The notes beneath the pieces are model-generated. The model was not told where the DNA came from. It saw only the letters and a list, made by a program, of their open reading frames with translations, and did not search any database. The position numbers and the translations under genes were made by a program. Shown here piece after piece: positions 24,349 to 34,395 of a stretch of DNA of 43,223 nucleotides. The stretch is from a virus. The DNA lies in the IMG/VR virus record IMGVR_UViG_3300020112_000447, positions 1 to 43,223 of that record, one strand, 5' to 3'. The first letter of the stretch is position 1; each line of letters opens with the position of its first letter.

Positions 24349-26166
24349 ATGGAATTGTTTAGATTAATCGGCAGCATTGCCATAGACAATACAAATGCTA
24401 ACAGGGCAATAAATGAAACAACAGAAGAAGCAAATGATGCTAAAGATGAAGTATCAGATGCATTCAATAAGATCGGTGGAACAGCAGTCACTATTGCAAA
24501 AGGAATAGGCGTTGCAGGTGTTGCCATTGGTGGTGCTTTTATTGCCACAATTGAAAGTACAAGAGAATACAGGCAAGAAATGGGGAAGCTTGACACAGCA
24601 TTTGTCACGAATGGTCATTCTTCAAAGGCAGCAAAACAGACATATTCTGAACTTAATGCTGTGCTTGGAGAAACAGACCAGGCTGTGGAAGCATCAAATC
24701 ATCTTGCTTTATTAACAGATAATGAAGAAGATTTGCAGAAATGGACAAATATCTGCACAGGAGTATATGCAACATTTGGTGCTTCACTTCCAATTGAAGG
24801 ATTGACAGAAGCAGCAAATGAAACAGCAAAGGTAGGACAAGTCACAGGGCCACTTGCAGATGCTTTGAATTGGGCAGGAATCAGTGAAGATGAATTCAAT
24901 AAAAAGCTTGAAGCATGTTCTAATGAGCAGGAAAGACAGAAGCTTATAATGGAAACACTGAACAGTACATATTCAGATGCATCAGTACAATATCAAGAAA
25001 CCAACAAAGACATATTGGAATCCAGGAAAGCACAAGAAAGGCTATCTGATGCAATGGCAGCAGTAGGTGCAGTAGGCGAACCTGTTATGACATTAATCAA
25101 AAACAGCATTGCTGATATGGCTGAAAAGGTTGTGCCGATACTAGAAACACTAATAAAGAAAATCCAGGAAGGCATTGTATGGGTAAAAGAAAATGAAAGC
25201 ACTATTCATACATGGGTTGCGGTTATCCTGGGGGCTACAGTTGCTATTGGTACATTTTTAGTGATTCTGAATTGGGGTGCAATTATGACAGCTGCTGCAA
25301 ATGCAATAAATGTTGTTAGAACAGCAATTCTTGCTATGAATGCAGCTTTACTTGCAAATCCTATAGGATTGATTGTTGCACTGATAGCAGGCCTTGTAGT
25401 TGCCTTTGTGTATCTTTGGAACAATGTGGAAGGCTTCAGGAAATTTTGGATTGATGCGTGGAAGAACATCACAAAGGCAACTAAAGATGCAATGGAAAAG
25501 GTGAAACAATTCTTTTCAGATGCATGGAGCAAAATAACTTCAGTATTCGGTTCTGTTGGATCATGGTTCGGTGAGAAGTTCAAAGGGGCATGGACAAGTA
25601 TAAAAAATGCTTTTTCAGGCTTTGCATCCTTCTTTTCTGACTTATGGAACAGGGTCAAAAATGGATTTGGAAATATTGGAGCAAAAATTGGCCAGGCAAT
25701 GAGTGGTTCAGTAAAATCTGCAATGAATACTGTAATTGGACTTATAGAAGGTGCTATCAATAAGGGAATATCACTTATAAACAGTGCTATTGACCTAGCA
25801 AATAAGCTTCCTGCGGTCAATGTTGGCAAAGTTTCCAGGGTGAATCTTCCAAGGATGGCTGAAGGCGGTGTTCTTGAAAAAGGGCAGATAGGAATCCTTG
25901 AAGGAACAGGTACTGAAGCTGTAGTTCCATTGGAGAAGAATACAGAATGGATTGATAAGGTTGCAGCACGTTTTGAAGTTCATTCTGACAGTGGAGCAAT
26001 AAAAGAACTTACTGAACGTGTGGATTCTATTATTGACCTTATACAAGCCCTGATGGGAAGAAATATATATCTTGATTCAGGGGCATTAGTTGGAGAATTA
26101 GCACCTGCCATGAATGATGAACTAGGCATCTATTACAACCTAGCAAAACGATATAACACAAGATGA
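24349..26166 (+). CDS. Tape measure protein paralog 1 (605 aa)
   Basis: Central TM block and W/F-periodic region (FWIDAWKNI...FFSDAWSKI...WFGEKFKGAW...FFSDLWNRV). C-terminal motif is GTEAVVPLEKNTEWIDKVA...NIYLDSGALVGELAPA. Confidence 0.8.
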   Translation: MELFRLIGSIAIDNTNANRAINETTEEANDAKDEVSDAFNKIGGTAVTIAKGIGVAGVAIGGAFIATIESTREYRQEMGKLDTAFVTNGHSSKAAKQTYSELNAVLGETDQAVEASNHLALLTDNEEDLQKWTNICTGVYATFGASLPIEGLTEAANETAKVGQVTGPLADALNWAGISEDEFNKKLEACSNEQERQKLIMETLNSTYSDASVQYQETNKDILESRKAQERLSDAMAAVGAVGEPVMTLIKNSIADMAEKVVPILETLIKKIQEGIVWVKENESTIHTWVAVILGATVAIGTFLVILNWGAIMTAAANAINVVRTAILAMNAALLANPIGLIVALIAGLVVAFVYLWNNVEGFRKFWIDAWKNITKATKDAMEKVKQFFSDAWSKITSVFGSVGSWFGEKFKGAWTSIKNAFSGFASFFSDLWNRVKNGFGNIGAKIGQAMSGSVKSAMNTVIGLIEGAINKGISLINSAIDLANKLPAVNVGKVSRVNLPRMAEGGVLEKGQIGILEGTGTEAVVPLEKNTEWIDKVAARFEVHSDSGAIKELTERVDSIIDLIQALMGRNIYLDSGALVGELAPAMNDELGIYYNLAKRYNTR

Positions 26167-26168
26167 TA

Positions 26169-26192
26169 GGTTGATTTATTCAGCCTTTTTTT
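26169..26192 (+). terminator. Weak hairpin plus T7 run between the two tape-measure genes
   Basis: GGTTGA-tttat-TCAGCC (one G-U pair) followed by TTTTTTT. Confidence 0.35.
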
Positions 26193-26219
26193 ATTATACA
26201 AAAGAAAGGGGTGAATCCC

Positions 26220-29027
26220 TTGAATGTATTCAAACTTTTTGGTGAAATAGCCATAAAAGGAAAAGAAGAATCAAAAAGAGATATTAATGATGTAACACAG
26301 GAAGCAGCAAGTGCAGGAAATAAGCTTGCATCTACTGTTGGCAAAATAGCACTTAAAACAGCAAAAATAGGTGCTGTTGCTATCGGCACAGTGGCAACAG
26401 GTGTTGTAGCACTTACAAAGTCTGCCGTAGAAAACTATGCAGAGTATGAACAGCTTGTTGGTGGTGTTGAAACACTTTTCAAGAATAGTAGTAAGACCGT
26501 CATGAAATATGCAAACAATGCATATAAGAATGCAGGACTTTCTGCAAATCAGTATATGACAACAGTAACAGGCTTCTCAGCTTCACTTCTTCAGAGCCTG
26601 GAAGGTGACACAGAAAGGGCAGCAGAAGTTGCCAACATGGCAATTGAAGATATGGCTGATAATGCAAACAAGATGGGTACATCAATGGAATCCATTCAGA
26701 ATGCTTATCAGGGTTTTGCAAAGCAGAACTATACAATGCTTGATAACTTAAAGCTTGGTTATGGTGGTACTAAAGAAGAAATGGAAAGACTTCTGAAAGA
26801 TGCCCAGGAATTAAAGGCTGCGAATGGTGAAATGGTTGAGTATTCTATCAATTCATATGCAGATATCATTGATGCAATTCATACTGTACAGGTTGAGATG
26901 GGCATCTATGGAACTACATCAAAAGAAGCTGCAACCACTATCCAGGGTTCTATGAGCATGATGAAAGCTGCATGGCAAAACTTCATCACAGGCATGGCAG
27001 ATGAATCTCAGGATTTTAATACATTGCTGAACAATCTGATAGATTCTATTTTGACATTTGCAGATAACCTAGTACCAAGGATCCTTCAGACACTTCCAAG
27101 ATTAATAAAAGGATTAACACAACTTGTAAAAAAACTTGCTCCTCAAATTCCGAAGCTACTAAAAGAACTTATTCCTGCGGTAATTGATGGAGCAAAGGCC
27201 ATCCTTAAGGCGGTAATTGATGATTTGCCTGAACTTCTTGAAACAATGTTCGGTGATATAGGTGGCAAGCTAGGAAGTGTGATTCAAAAGGCATTATCAG
27301 TACTTATTCCTGCAATATCTGAATTTGCTCAAACAGTTCTGCCTATTATCATCAATGCAATAGAGTTCCTTTCTGAACACTTCACAGGAATTGTAACTAC
27401 AATTGGTACAGTGGTAGCAGCATTTGAAACATTCTCAATTATTAAAACTGTAACAACAGCAATTTCAGGTGCTTCTTCAGCATTTGGAGCATTTAGTGCA
27501 GTACTTTCTGCAAATCCAATCGGAATGGTAGTCACAGCAATTGGTGCATTAGCACTTGCTCTGTCAGGTTTATCTTCATTACTTGATGAAGATGTAAAAT
27601 CAATGGATGCATATACAAGAGCATCGCATGATGAACTTTTAGCATCTCAGGAATCAGTGCAGAATTACAGAGAGTTAAAATCGGCTATCCAGGAAAAGTG
27701 TGATGCTGATTTGGTCAACATTGATAATACTGAGAAGTTATGGGCAGAATTACAAACACTTGTTGATGAACAGGGTAATGTTAAAGCAGGTGAAGAAGAT
27801 AGGGCATCATTTATAGTTGGTCAGTTACAAGATGCTCTCGGTATTGAAATTGAACTGACTAATGGACAGATTAAGAACTATCAGGATTTAAAGACTGCTG
27901 TTGAAGATGCAATAAACATGAAGAAAGCCGAGATTCTTATGCAGGCAAGCGAAGAAGCATATTCTAATGCTATTAAGAATTTAAAGGAACAGGAAAATGA
28001 TGCTGCAGAAAAGTATGCTAAATACGAGCAAGCTAGACAAGCTGAGAAAAGCAAGATGCACGAAATAGAATTGGCATGGCAGGAAGCTGAAGCTAATGGT
28101 CTTAACACTTATTCAAAGCAGAAAATAGATACATTGAATGCCGAGTATGATTCAATTGTCGGAACTCTTTCTGATACTCGTGCTGCATACAACAATAGCC
28201 TTGAAGTATTACAAGGATATTATTCAGACATTGAAACATACGAAGATGCATACGTTGCAGCATCAAAAGGCAACACTGAAGAAGTAATAAGTATTTTAAA
28301 TAAAGAAGGAAAAGAGTTCAAGAAAGCAGCAGCTATAGTCGGAGAAGCAACAGAGCAGGAAAAAGAAGAATTTAGAATCCAGGCAGAAGAAGCAAAGAAA
28401 AAGTATGACATGATTCTTACTAACTATAAAAACGGAGCTAAAGGATTCACATATGAAATGGTTGCTACAGCATTCCAACAGTATAAAACGGCACAGACAG
28501 AATATGCCAAGGTTGGCGGTGCAATGGGTGACAGTATTATAAGTGGTGCTAATAATAAGAGTTCTGCTATCAGTTCTACACTTTCAGGCATTGTAAAAAG
28601 CGGATTGAACGCAGCCTTATCTGCAGCTTCTGCAAAGATAGCAAGTACAGGAACAAAGACTACAACAACAGTTACAGCAAAAGCCCATGCCAAGGGTGGT
28701 ATTGTCAAAAAAGGCGAAATGGCATTCCTTGAAGGTGATGGAACTGAAGCCGTAGTACCACTTGAGAAGAACACAGAGTGGATCGGCAAGGTTGCAGACC
28801 AATTCAATACAGAAATGGACTCTAGACAGGTTGCAGATTCATCACCTGCAATCACTATCTCCCTTGCAGAAAAATTCGAAGGATTAGCATCTAAATTTGA
28901 TGAATTAATTGAACTATTAACAAATCAAAGAATATACCTTGATAGTGATGTGCTTGTAGGCGAACTTACACCTGCACTAGATACATCATTAGGTCAGGCA
29001 TATTCAAGAAAGGCCAGGGGCATATAA
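26220..29027 (+). CDS. Tape measure protein paralog 2 (about 935 aa, TP901-type core)
   Basis: N-terminus NVFKLFGEIAIKG parallels paralog 1 (ELFRLIGSIAID). AGLSANQYMTTVTGFSASLLQSL core. C-terminus is GTEAVVPLEKNTEWIGKVA...RIYLDSDVLVGELTPA. TTG 26220 after GGGGTGA is preferred over GTG 26211. Confidence 0.8.
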   Translation: MNVFKLFGEIAIKGKEESKRDINDVTQEAASAGNKLASTVGKIALKTAKIGAVAIGTVATGVVALTKSAVENYAEYEQLVGGVETLFKNSSKTVMKYANNAYKNAGLSANQYMTTVTGFSASLLQSLEGDTERAAEVANMAIEDMADNANKMGTSMESIQNAYQGFAKQNYTMLDNLKLGYGGTKEEMERLLKDAQELKAANGEMVEYSINSYADIIDAIHTVQVEMGIYGTTSKEAATTIQGSMSMMKAAWQNFITGMADESQDFNTLLNNLIDSILTFADNLVPRILQTLPRLIKGLTQLVKKLAPQIPKLLKELIPAVIDGAKAILKAVIDDLPELLETMFGDIGGKLGSVIQKALSVLIPAISEFAQTVLPIIINAIEFLSEHFTGIVTTIGTVVAAFETFSIIKTVTTAISGASSAFGAFSAVLSANPIGMVVTAIGALALALSGLSSLLDEDVKSMDAYTRASHDELLASQESVQNYRELKSAIQEKCDADLVNIDNTEKLWAELQTLVDEQGNVKAGEEDRASFIVGQLQDALGIEIELTNGQIKNYQDLKTAVEDAINMKKAEILMQASEEAYSNAIKNLKEQENDAAEKYAKYEQARQAEKSKMHEIELAWQEAEANGLNTYSKQKIDTLNAEYDSIVGTLSDTRAAYNNSLEVLQGYYSDIETYEDAYVAASKGNTEEVISILNKEGKEFKKAAAIVGEATEQEKEEFRIQAEEAKKKYDMILTNYKNGAKGFTYEMVATAFQQYKTAQTEYAKVGGAMGDSIISGANNKSSAISSTLSGIVKSGLNAALSAASAKIASTGTKTTTTVTAKAHAKGGIVKKGEMAFLEGDGTEAVVPLEKNTEWIGKVADQFNTEMDSRQVADSSPAITISLAEKFEGLASKFDELIELLTNQRIYLDSDVLVGELTPALDTSLGQAYSRKARGI

Positions 29028-29659
29028 TGAAACAGATTACTTTTGATAATTACAGGTCATTTGATGATTTGTATTTGATTTTAACTTCAAAGGAAATTGG
29101 AAGCCCAAAGATAAAAGAATACACTGTCAAGATTGAAGGCAGTGATGGTGTTCTTGATTATACAGAATTTTTTGGCGGCACACACTATGAGAATTTAACA
29201 CATAAGTTTGAATTTTCAACAACAGTGCAACCTGCACTTGAATATTTTTCAAGGTTGAAAGATTTGCTTCATGGAAAGAAGGTCAGAATCGCACTTGATG
29301 ATGATCCAGGTTTTTATTACATCGGCAGATTGACTATATCAACCTTGAAGAATACTAATAACATCTACAAGTTAAGTATTTCATGCAATTGTGAACCTTA
29401 TAAGTACAAGAATAATCCAACAGTTGTAACAAAAACAATTAGTGGAAGTTCAGATATTATCCTTTCAAACATGAGAAAAAGGGTAGTTCCCACTGTTACA
29501 ACTTCAGCAAGCATGACATTTGAGTGGGGTGGATATTCAGTAACACATTCAGCAGGTACATTTCAGATTCCTGAAATGGAACTTGCAGAAGGGAATAACA
29601 CTATTAATGTAGCAGGCACAGGTACTGTGAAATTTGAATATCAGGAAGGGGGATTTTAA
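29027..29659 (+). CDS. Distal tail protein (Dit)
   Basis: Start ITFDN..SFDDL.L.L...EIG.P..K, and position after the tape measure. Confidence 0.7.
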   Translation: MKQITFDNYRSFDDLYLILTSKEIGSPKIKEYTVKIEGSDGVLDYTEFFGGTHYENLTHKFEFSTTVQPALEYFSRLKDLLHGKKVRIALDDDPGFYYIGRLTISTLKNTNNIYKLSISCNCEPYKYKNNPTVVTKTISGSSDIILSNMRKRVVPTVTTSASMTFEWGGYSVTHSAGTFQIPEMELAEGNNTINVAGTGTVKFEYQEGGF

Positions 29660-31404
29660 TGTATAGAGTATATGCAGGAAGCCTTCTTCTTTATTCAGAT
29701 ACCATTGAAAATCTGAAGATATTTGATGCAAAAGCAACATTGGAATTAAATAAAACAGGTTCATTTTCTTTCAAAATCTATCCTGACCATCCTTATTACA
29801 ATTTCATATATAAGCTAAAGACAATCATCACTGTATACCAGGATGATTTTTTGCTTTTTAGGGGAAGGGTATTGAATGACAATCTAGGATTCAGAAATGA
29901 AAAGACTATAGAATGTGAAGGTGAACTTGCATTCTTGATTGATTCAATTCAAAGACCATATAGCTATTCAGGAAGTATAGCAGGCTTCCTGAATCAGCTT
30001 ATATCTGCACATAACAGCCAGGTAGAAGCTGAACATCAATTCACACTTGGCGAAGTGACAGTGACGGATCCCAATAACACTATTGCAAGAAGTTCAATAG
30101 ACTACACAGATACCTGGACAGTTATAAATGATAAGCTTATCAATCTGCTTGGTGGATATATCAGTGTGAGAAGGGTTAATGGTGTAAGCTATATTGATTA
30201 TTTGCAGGACTTCAATCTTCTATCTTCACAGAAAGTAGAATTTGCAAAGAATCTTCTTGATATGAAGAGATTAAGGAAGGGAGAACAGATAGCAACAGCA
30301 TTGATTCCATTAGGTGCAAAGCTTAAGGATGAAGAAGGACAGGAAACAGATGAAAGACTTACTATAGCATCTGTAAACGAAGGAAAAGATTATATCTTTG
30401 ATGCAGATGCAGTAAATCGGTATGGATGGATATGCAAAACCAACATATGGGATGATGTAACACAACCGCTAAACTTACTTACTAAGGGCAGAACTTATCT
30501 TGCAGAACTTGCAAATGCAACTGAAACTATTGAACTTTCAGCAGCAGACTTAGCAACCATTGATAAGACAGTGAATTCATTCCATCTTGGAACATATGTA
30601 AAGGTGACAAGTAATCCACATGGAGTAGATCAGAACTTCCTTGTAACAAAGCTTTCAATATCATTGTTACAGCCTGCATCCAACAAGCTTACTCTTGGTG
30701 GAATTGTAAAGTCATTTACTGAATCAATAAATGAAAATAAGCCTGTGGATGGGAAAAATGGTAAGAATGGTGTAGATGGAAAAGATGGTAAGGATGCAGC
30801 CATACAGAGTGATACAGAGCCTACAGACAAAACATATATGTGGCTTGATACTTCACAAGATCCACCTGTACTGAAAAGATGGAATGGTGAAGAATGGGAA
30901 ATTATAAATGATACAACAGCAATCACAGAGTCAATTGCTATACTCAGTGAACAGACATCTGCCACTATAGCAAAAAGTAATTCGGAGATATTGCAGACAG
31001 TATCTGAACAATATTATTTGAAAACTGAAACAGATCAGCTGATAAGTTCCAAAACATCTGAATGGGAGCAGACAGCAAATGGATTCAGGCAGAGATTCAC
31101 TACCATAGAAAAAGACATTGATGATGTTGTCAATGGCACTGATTCCAGGTTCAATGAACTTCATACTTATATTGATTATTCCACAAAAGGAATAGAACTC
31201 GGTTCATCAAATAGTAATGTGAAGGTTCTGATTGACAATGACAGCTTGGATATAGTGGACAATGGGTCGGTGGTGGCTACATTTGCTAATAACAGATGCT
31301 ATACACCAAACCTTATCGTAGAGTATGGTGGAAGCCTTCAGCTTGGTGACTTTGCATTCTTTCCAAGAAACAATGGCAACTTATCATTCAAAAAGATAAC
31401 TTAA
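29659..31404 (+). CDS. Tail-associated protein (Tal / prophage-tail N-domain) with short collagen-like GKNGKNGVDGKDGKD stretch
   Basis: Start MYRVYAGSLLLYSD...FDAKATLELNKTGSFSFKIYPDHP is typical. Sits after Dit. Confidence 0.7.
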   Translation: MYRVYAGSLLLYSDTIENLKIFDAKATLELNKTGSFSFKIYPDHPYYNFIYKLKTIITVYQDDFLLFRGRVLNDNLGFRNEKTIECEGELAFLIDSIQRPYSYSGSIAGFLNQLISAHNSQVEAEHQFTLGEVTVTDPNNTIARSSIDYTDTWTVINDKLINLLGGYISVRRVNGVSYIDYLQDFNLLSSQKVEFAKNLLDMKRLRKGEQIATALIPLGAKLKDEEGQETDERLTIASVNEGKDYIFDADAVNRYGWICKTNIWDDVTQPLNLLTKGRTYLAELANATETIELSAADLATIDKTVNSFHLGTYVKVTSNPHGVDQNFLVTKLSISLLQPASNKLTLGGIVKSFTESINENKPVDGKNGKNGVDGKDGKDAAIQSDTEPTDKTYMWLDTSQDPPVLKRWNGEEWEIINDTTAITESIAILSEQTSATIAKSNSEILQTVSEQYYLKTETDQLISSKTSEWEQTANGFRQRFTTIEKDIDDVVNGTDSRFNELHTYIDYSTKGIELGSSNSNVKVLIDNDSLDIVDNGSVVATFANNRCYTPNLIVEYGGSLQLGDFAFFPRNNGNLSFKKIT

Positions 31405-31455
31405 ACTACAGTGTACTGAAGATGAGATATTGAACTATTAGAAAGGAATAGAAAT

Positions 31456-33204
31456 ATGGCATCTTCAGGCACTATAAATAACACTTTTAGGACAGGCTAT
31501 GCGGTAAGAATAACATGGACAGTAACAGGACAGGATGTGGCAAATAACACATCCACAGTCACCGCCAATGTTCAACTTGTATCACTTGGCAGCAGTTACA
31601 CTATCAATTCCACAGCATCAAAAAGCGGTTCACTGACAGTTGATGGTACAAAGTATAGTTTTACTTTCAGTGCTGCACTATCAGGCAATCAAACTAAGAC
31701 AATCTATACAAAGACAGGAATTGTAGTACCACACAATGCAGATGGCACAAAGACTTGTGCTTTTTCGTGCGTGGCAGGAATAGCGGTCACATTGGGTGGC
31801 ACATATTATGCAAGTGTAAATGCTTCAGGCACAGGAGCATTTGACACTATCGCAAGAGCATCTTCTATATCATCAGTGACAGCTTCTGTGGAAGTCGATG
31901 GCACAAATGCATGCACTGTGAATATCAACAGAAAATCAAGTTCATTTACACATACTGTCGAATGGAAGATTGGAAGCTATTCAAAGACAACAACAGGTGT
32001 TGGAACATCTGCATCCTATGCCATACCTACATCATGGATGAACTCAATACCAAATGCCACTTCAGGAACAGCCACAGTGACAGTAACAACATATTCAGGA
32101 AGCACAAAGATAGGGAATGCGGTATCGGCTACATTCAATATAACAGTTCCTGTGACAGTAGTGCCTTCCATTTCATCTGTGAGCATATCAGAAGCGGTTG
32201 CAGGGCTTGAATCAAAGTTCGGTTCATTTGTTCAGAGTAAAAGCAAATTAAATATTGGAATTACAGCTACAGGAATATATGGAAGCACAATCACGCAATA
32301 CAAAACATTCATCCAGGCTATTGAATACCATGGCAATTCATTCACATCAAATGTCATAACGGCATCAGGAACTATTGGAATTGTAACAGTTGTAACAGAT
32401 TCAAGGGGCAGGACAGCAAGATATGATGGTGATATTGTAGTTCTACCTTATACAGTGCCTACAATTTCAACATTCACAGCTTACAGAAGCAATTCAGCAG
32501 GTGTGCAAGATTATGAAGGGCAGCATTTGAAAATTGCTCTGAACTTCTTGATTGCGAATGTAAATAATCTGAATGATAAGTATTATGAAATTGTATACAG
32601 AATAAAAGGAACAACAACATGGTCAATTCTTGAATCAGGTAATATTTACTCAAAAGATGCAACAATAATCACAGGGGCATTGTTCAATCCTGATAATGCA
32701 TATGAACTTGCATTGAATTTGTATGATTACTTCGGTGAATCACATGCAACTGTATATATCCCAACAGCATTTACTTTGATAGACTTTCATTCTAGTGGAA
32801 GAGGTATTGCATTGGGTAAAGTTGCTGAAAAAGAAAATGTAGTAGAAATAGCACTTGATGTTGAGATATCAGGCAGGCTAATACAAGAAGATAAGATAGC
32901 ACCAACACTTCTAAACAATTGGCAGAATTATGGTGCAGCTTATGAAGTGGCTACATATTGGAAGGACAAATGCAATGTGGTTCATATAAGTGGAATGGTC
33001 AAGGGTGGAACAGTTGCAGACGGAACAGTTATATTCACATTGCCTGCAGGATATAGGCCAAGGACACCTGAAAAATTCATAACTGTTTCAGTAAATGCTA
33101 TATGCATCTTGGATATTTACACAAATGGAAATGTCACTATTCGTGCAGGTGCAAACACATCCTGGTTGTCACTTTCAGGAATTAGCTTCAAAGCAGAAAA
33201 CTGA
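31456..33204 (+). CDS. Tail fibre / receptor-binding protein paralog 2 (DUF859-like N-region, different C-terminal head domain)
   Basis: Shares IPNATSG, TDSRGRT, TVPTIS and TLIDFHSSGRGIALGKV with ORF 15338. C-terminus is LLNNWQNYG...LPAGYRP...WLSLSGISF. Confidence 0.75.
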   Translation: MASSGTINNTFRTGYAVRITWTVTGQDVANNTSTVTANVQLVSLGSSYTINSTASKSGSLTVDGTKYSFTFSAALSGNQTKTIYTKTGIVVPHNADGTKTCAFSCVAGIAVTLGGTYYASVNASGTGAFDTIARASSISSVTASVEVDGTNACTVNINRKSSSFTHTVEWKIGSYSKTTTGVGTSASYAIPTSWMNSIPNATSGTATVTVTTYSGSTKIGNAVSATFNITVPVTVVPSISSVSISEAVAGLESKFGSFVQSKSKLNIGITATGIYGSTITQYKTFIQAIEYHGNSFTSNVITASGTIGIVTVVTDSRGRTARYDGDIVVLPYTVPTISTFTAYRSNSAGVQDYEGQHLKIALNFLIANVNNLNDKYYEIVYRIKGTTTWSILESGNIYSKDATIITGALFNPDNAYELALNLYDYFGESHATVYIPTAFTLIDFHSSGRGIALGKVAEKENVVEIALDVEISGRLIQEDKIAPTLLNNWQNYGAAYEVATYWKDKCNVVHISGMVKGGTVADGTVIFTLPAGYRPRTPEKFITVSVNAICILDIYTNGNVTIRAGANTSWLSLSGISFKAEN

Positions 33205-33237
33205 ATATAGAATAACTAAAGAGAAAGGCATTAATAT

Positions 33238-33489
33238 ATGGAAGGAATAGTATCAGCAGCAATCACAGGAGTTCTTGCATTAGTGGGAATTATCATCACA
33301 AATGTTCAGAGCAACAAAAAGATTGAACATCAGCTTGAAAAGGCTCAGGCGGTGTCGGATTGCAAGATTGATGAACTTACAAGAGAAGTAAGAGAACACA
33401 ATAACTTCGCAAGGCGAATGCCTGTGGTGGAAGAACAAATCAAAGTCATAAATCATAGGCTTAGTGACCTGGAACAAAAAGGCCAATAG
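33238..33489 (+). CDS. N-terminally membrane-anchored coiled-coil protein
   Basis: TM segment IVSAAITGVLALVGIIITNV followed by a charged helix. It is the last plus-strand late gene. Confidence 0.5.
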   Translation: MEGIVSAAITGVLALVGIIITNVQSNKKIEHQLEKAQAVSDCKIDELTREVREHNNFARRMPVVEEQIKVINHRLSDLEQKGQ

Positions 33490-33496
33490 ACATAAA

Positions 33497-33529
33497 GAAG
33501 GGGCAGGTGTTAATCCTGCCCTGATTTTT
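33497..33529. terminator. Bidirectional terminator between the late operon and the minus-strand accessory genes
   Basis: GGGCAGG-tgttaat-CCTGCCC, with an A-rich 5' flank and a T-run 3' flank. Confidence 0.65.
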
Positions 33530-33800
33530 AATTATAAGCATTAAGGAGAATAGCAAGTGTAACCTGTGCAAGTTTATCATCTTCAGCAGGTTCTATGAGC
33601 CAATCACGATCATAATCAGCTACCCACACACCATCAATCTTGATGCTAAGTTTGCTTATCTTTCCACCATTGATGCCATACTCACTGCATTCTTTAAAGG
33701 ATTTTACATACCAATGTGCTATCTTTGTCTTGCCACCTTCAACAGGTATTCCAACTGTTCCTTCATGCCACATATCAATCACCAATCCCTTCTTCAACAT
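33528..33800 (-). CDS. Hypothetical protein (90 aa)
   Basis: ORF only. Its start overlaps the end of the upstream 48-aa ORF. Confidence 0.5.
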   Translation of the reverse strand: MLKKGLVIDMWHEGTVGIPVEGGKTKIAHWYVKSFKECSEYGINGGKISKLSIKIDGVWVADYDRDWLIEPAEDDKLAQVTLAILLNAYN

Positions 33801-33921
33801 AACATATCAAAATGTTATCAGAACACTTTGATATCATCTCCATTATTTCTTCATCAGGTTCATCAAGAACTTCTGCCCTTGCTATCTTGAATGCTTCCTG
33901 CTCAAGTTCAATTCTTGTCAT
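33775..33921 (-). CDS. Hypothetical small acidic protein (48 aa)
   Basis: GGAAATGTGATTGAT-ATG initiation region. Sequence MTRIELEQEAFKIARAEVLDEPDEEIMEMISK. Below the ORF-track cutoff. Confidence 0.4.
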   Translation of the reverse strand: MTRIELEQEAFKIARAEVLDEPDEEIMEMISKCSDNILICYVEEGIGD

Positions 33922-33926
33922 ATCAA

Positions 33927-34319
33927 TCACATTTCCTTTCTAATCCAATAGTTTCCAATGCATCCTTGTGAACTATCCCAAGTATCGTGAATCTTCTTGT
34001 TGATGATTGCGATTATATGATGACCACCAATGTTGGCAATATATCTTTCATTCGCATTTGCAATATTCATACAGAATTCAGTTCCTGTGTACTTTGTGTT
34101 ATTTGGCTTCTTTGGCTGCTTGTTCTTTACCCAGCCTTTAGATTCAAGGTATTTATTGATTGTTATACTTTCACTTGGGTCATACCCTGTATTGCACTGA
34201 AGTTCAGCCATTTCCATAACCACCTGATTGTATGGAATTTCAAGTGCTGTGCTTATAGCACGAATCACACAATCAGTAGTAAATCGATTCTTTGGATTTG
34301 CATTGTAAAAAGTAAACAC
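33927..34319 (-). CDS. Hypothetical protein with papain-like Cys/His/Asp pattern
   Basis: TDCVIRAIS ... GGHHIIAI ... HDTWDS. GTG start, preceded by an 8-codon uORF (34347-34321) that carries the strong RBS. Confidence 0.5.
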   Translation of the reverse strand: MFTFYNANPKNRFTTDCVIRAISTALEIPYNQVVMEMAELQCNTGYDPSESITINKYLESKGWVKNKQPKKPNNTKYTGTEFCMNIANANERYIANIGGHHIIAIINKKIHDTWDSSQGCIGNYWIRKEM

Positions 34320-34395
34320 ATCAGTGTTTGGATATTTCTCTTCTCATATCAATCACCTTTCCCCAGGTTTGACCACCCACCTGGAAGGAAGAGTT

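Noticed and set aside
25206-25829. Long antisense ORFs inside structural genes (207 aa here; also 23393-23851, 8986-9423, 10509-10931, 28424-28855, 5803-6120, 13578-13958)
   Set aside because: They lie opposite strongly supported genes and have no RBS. Their low-complexity hydrophobic translations are typical of shadow frames, and they would break the operon logic.
31911-32210. 99-aa alternative-frame ORF inside RBP paralog 2 (also 20624-20812 inside the capsid gene and 14591-14863 inside the MuF C-domain)
   Set aside because: These are same-strand overlapping frames without RBSs inside well-supported genes. Their composition-driven open frames are most likely spurious.
15338-33204. The two RBP paralogs as template/variable repeats of a diversity-generating retroelement
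   Set aside because: No reverse transcriptase gene is present anywhere on the circle. The paralogs differ throughout at the protein level rather than at adenine-specific positions in a short variable region.
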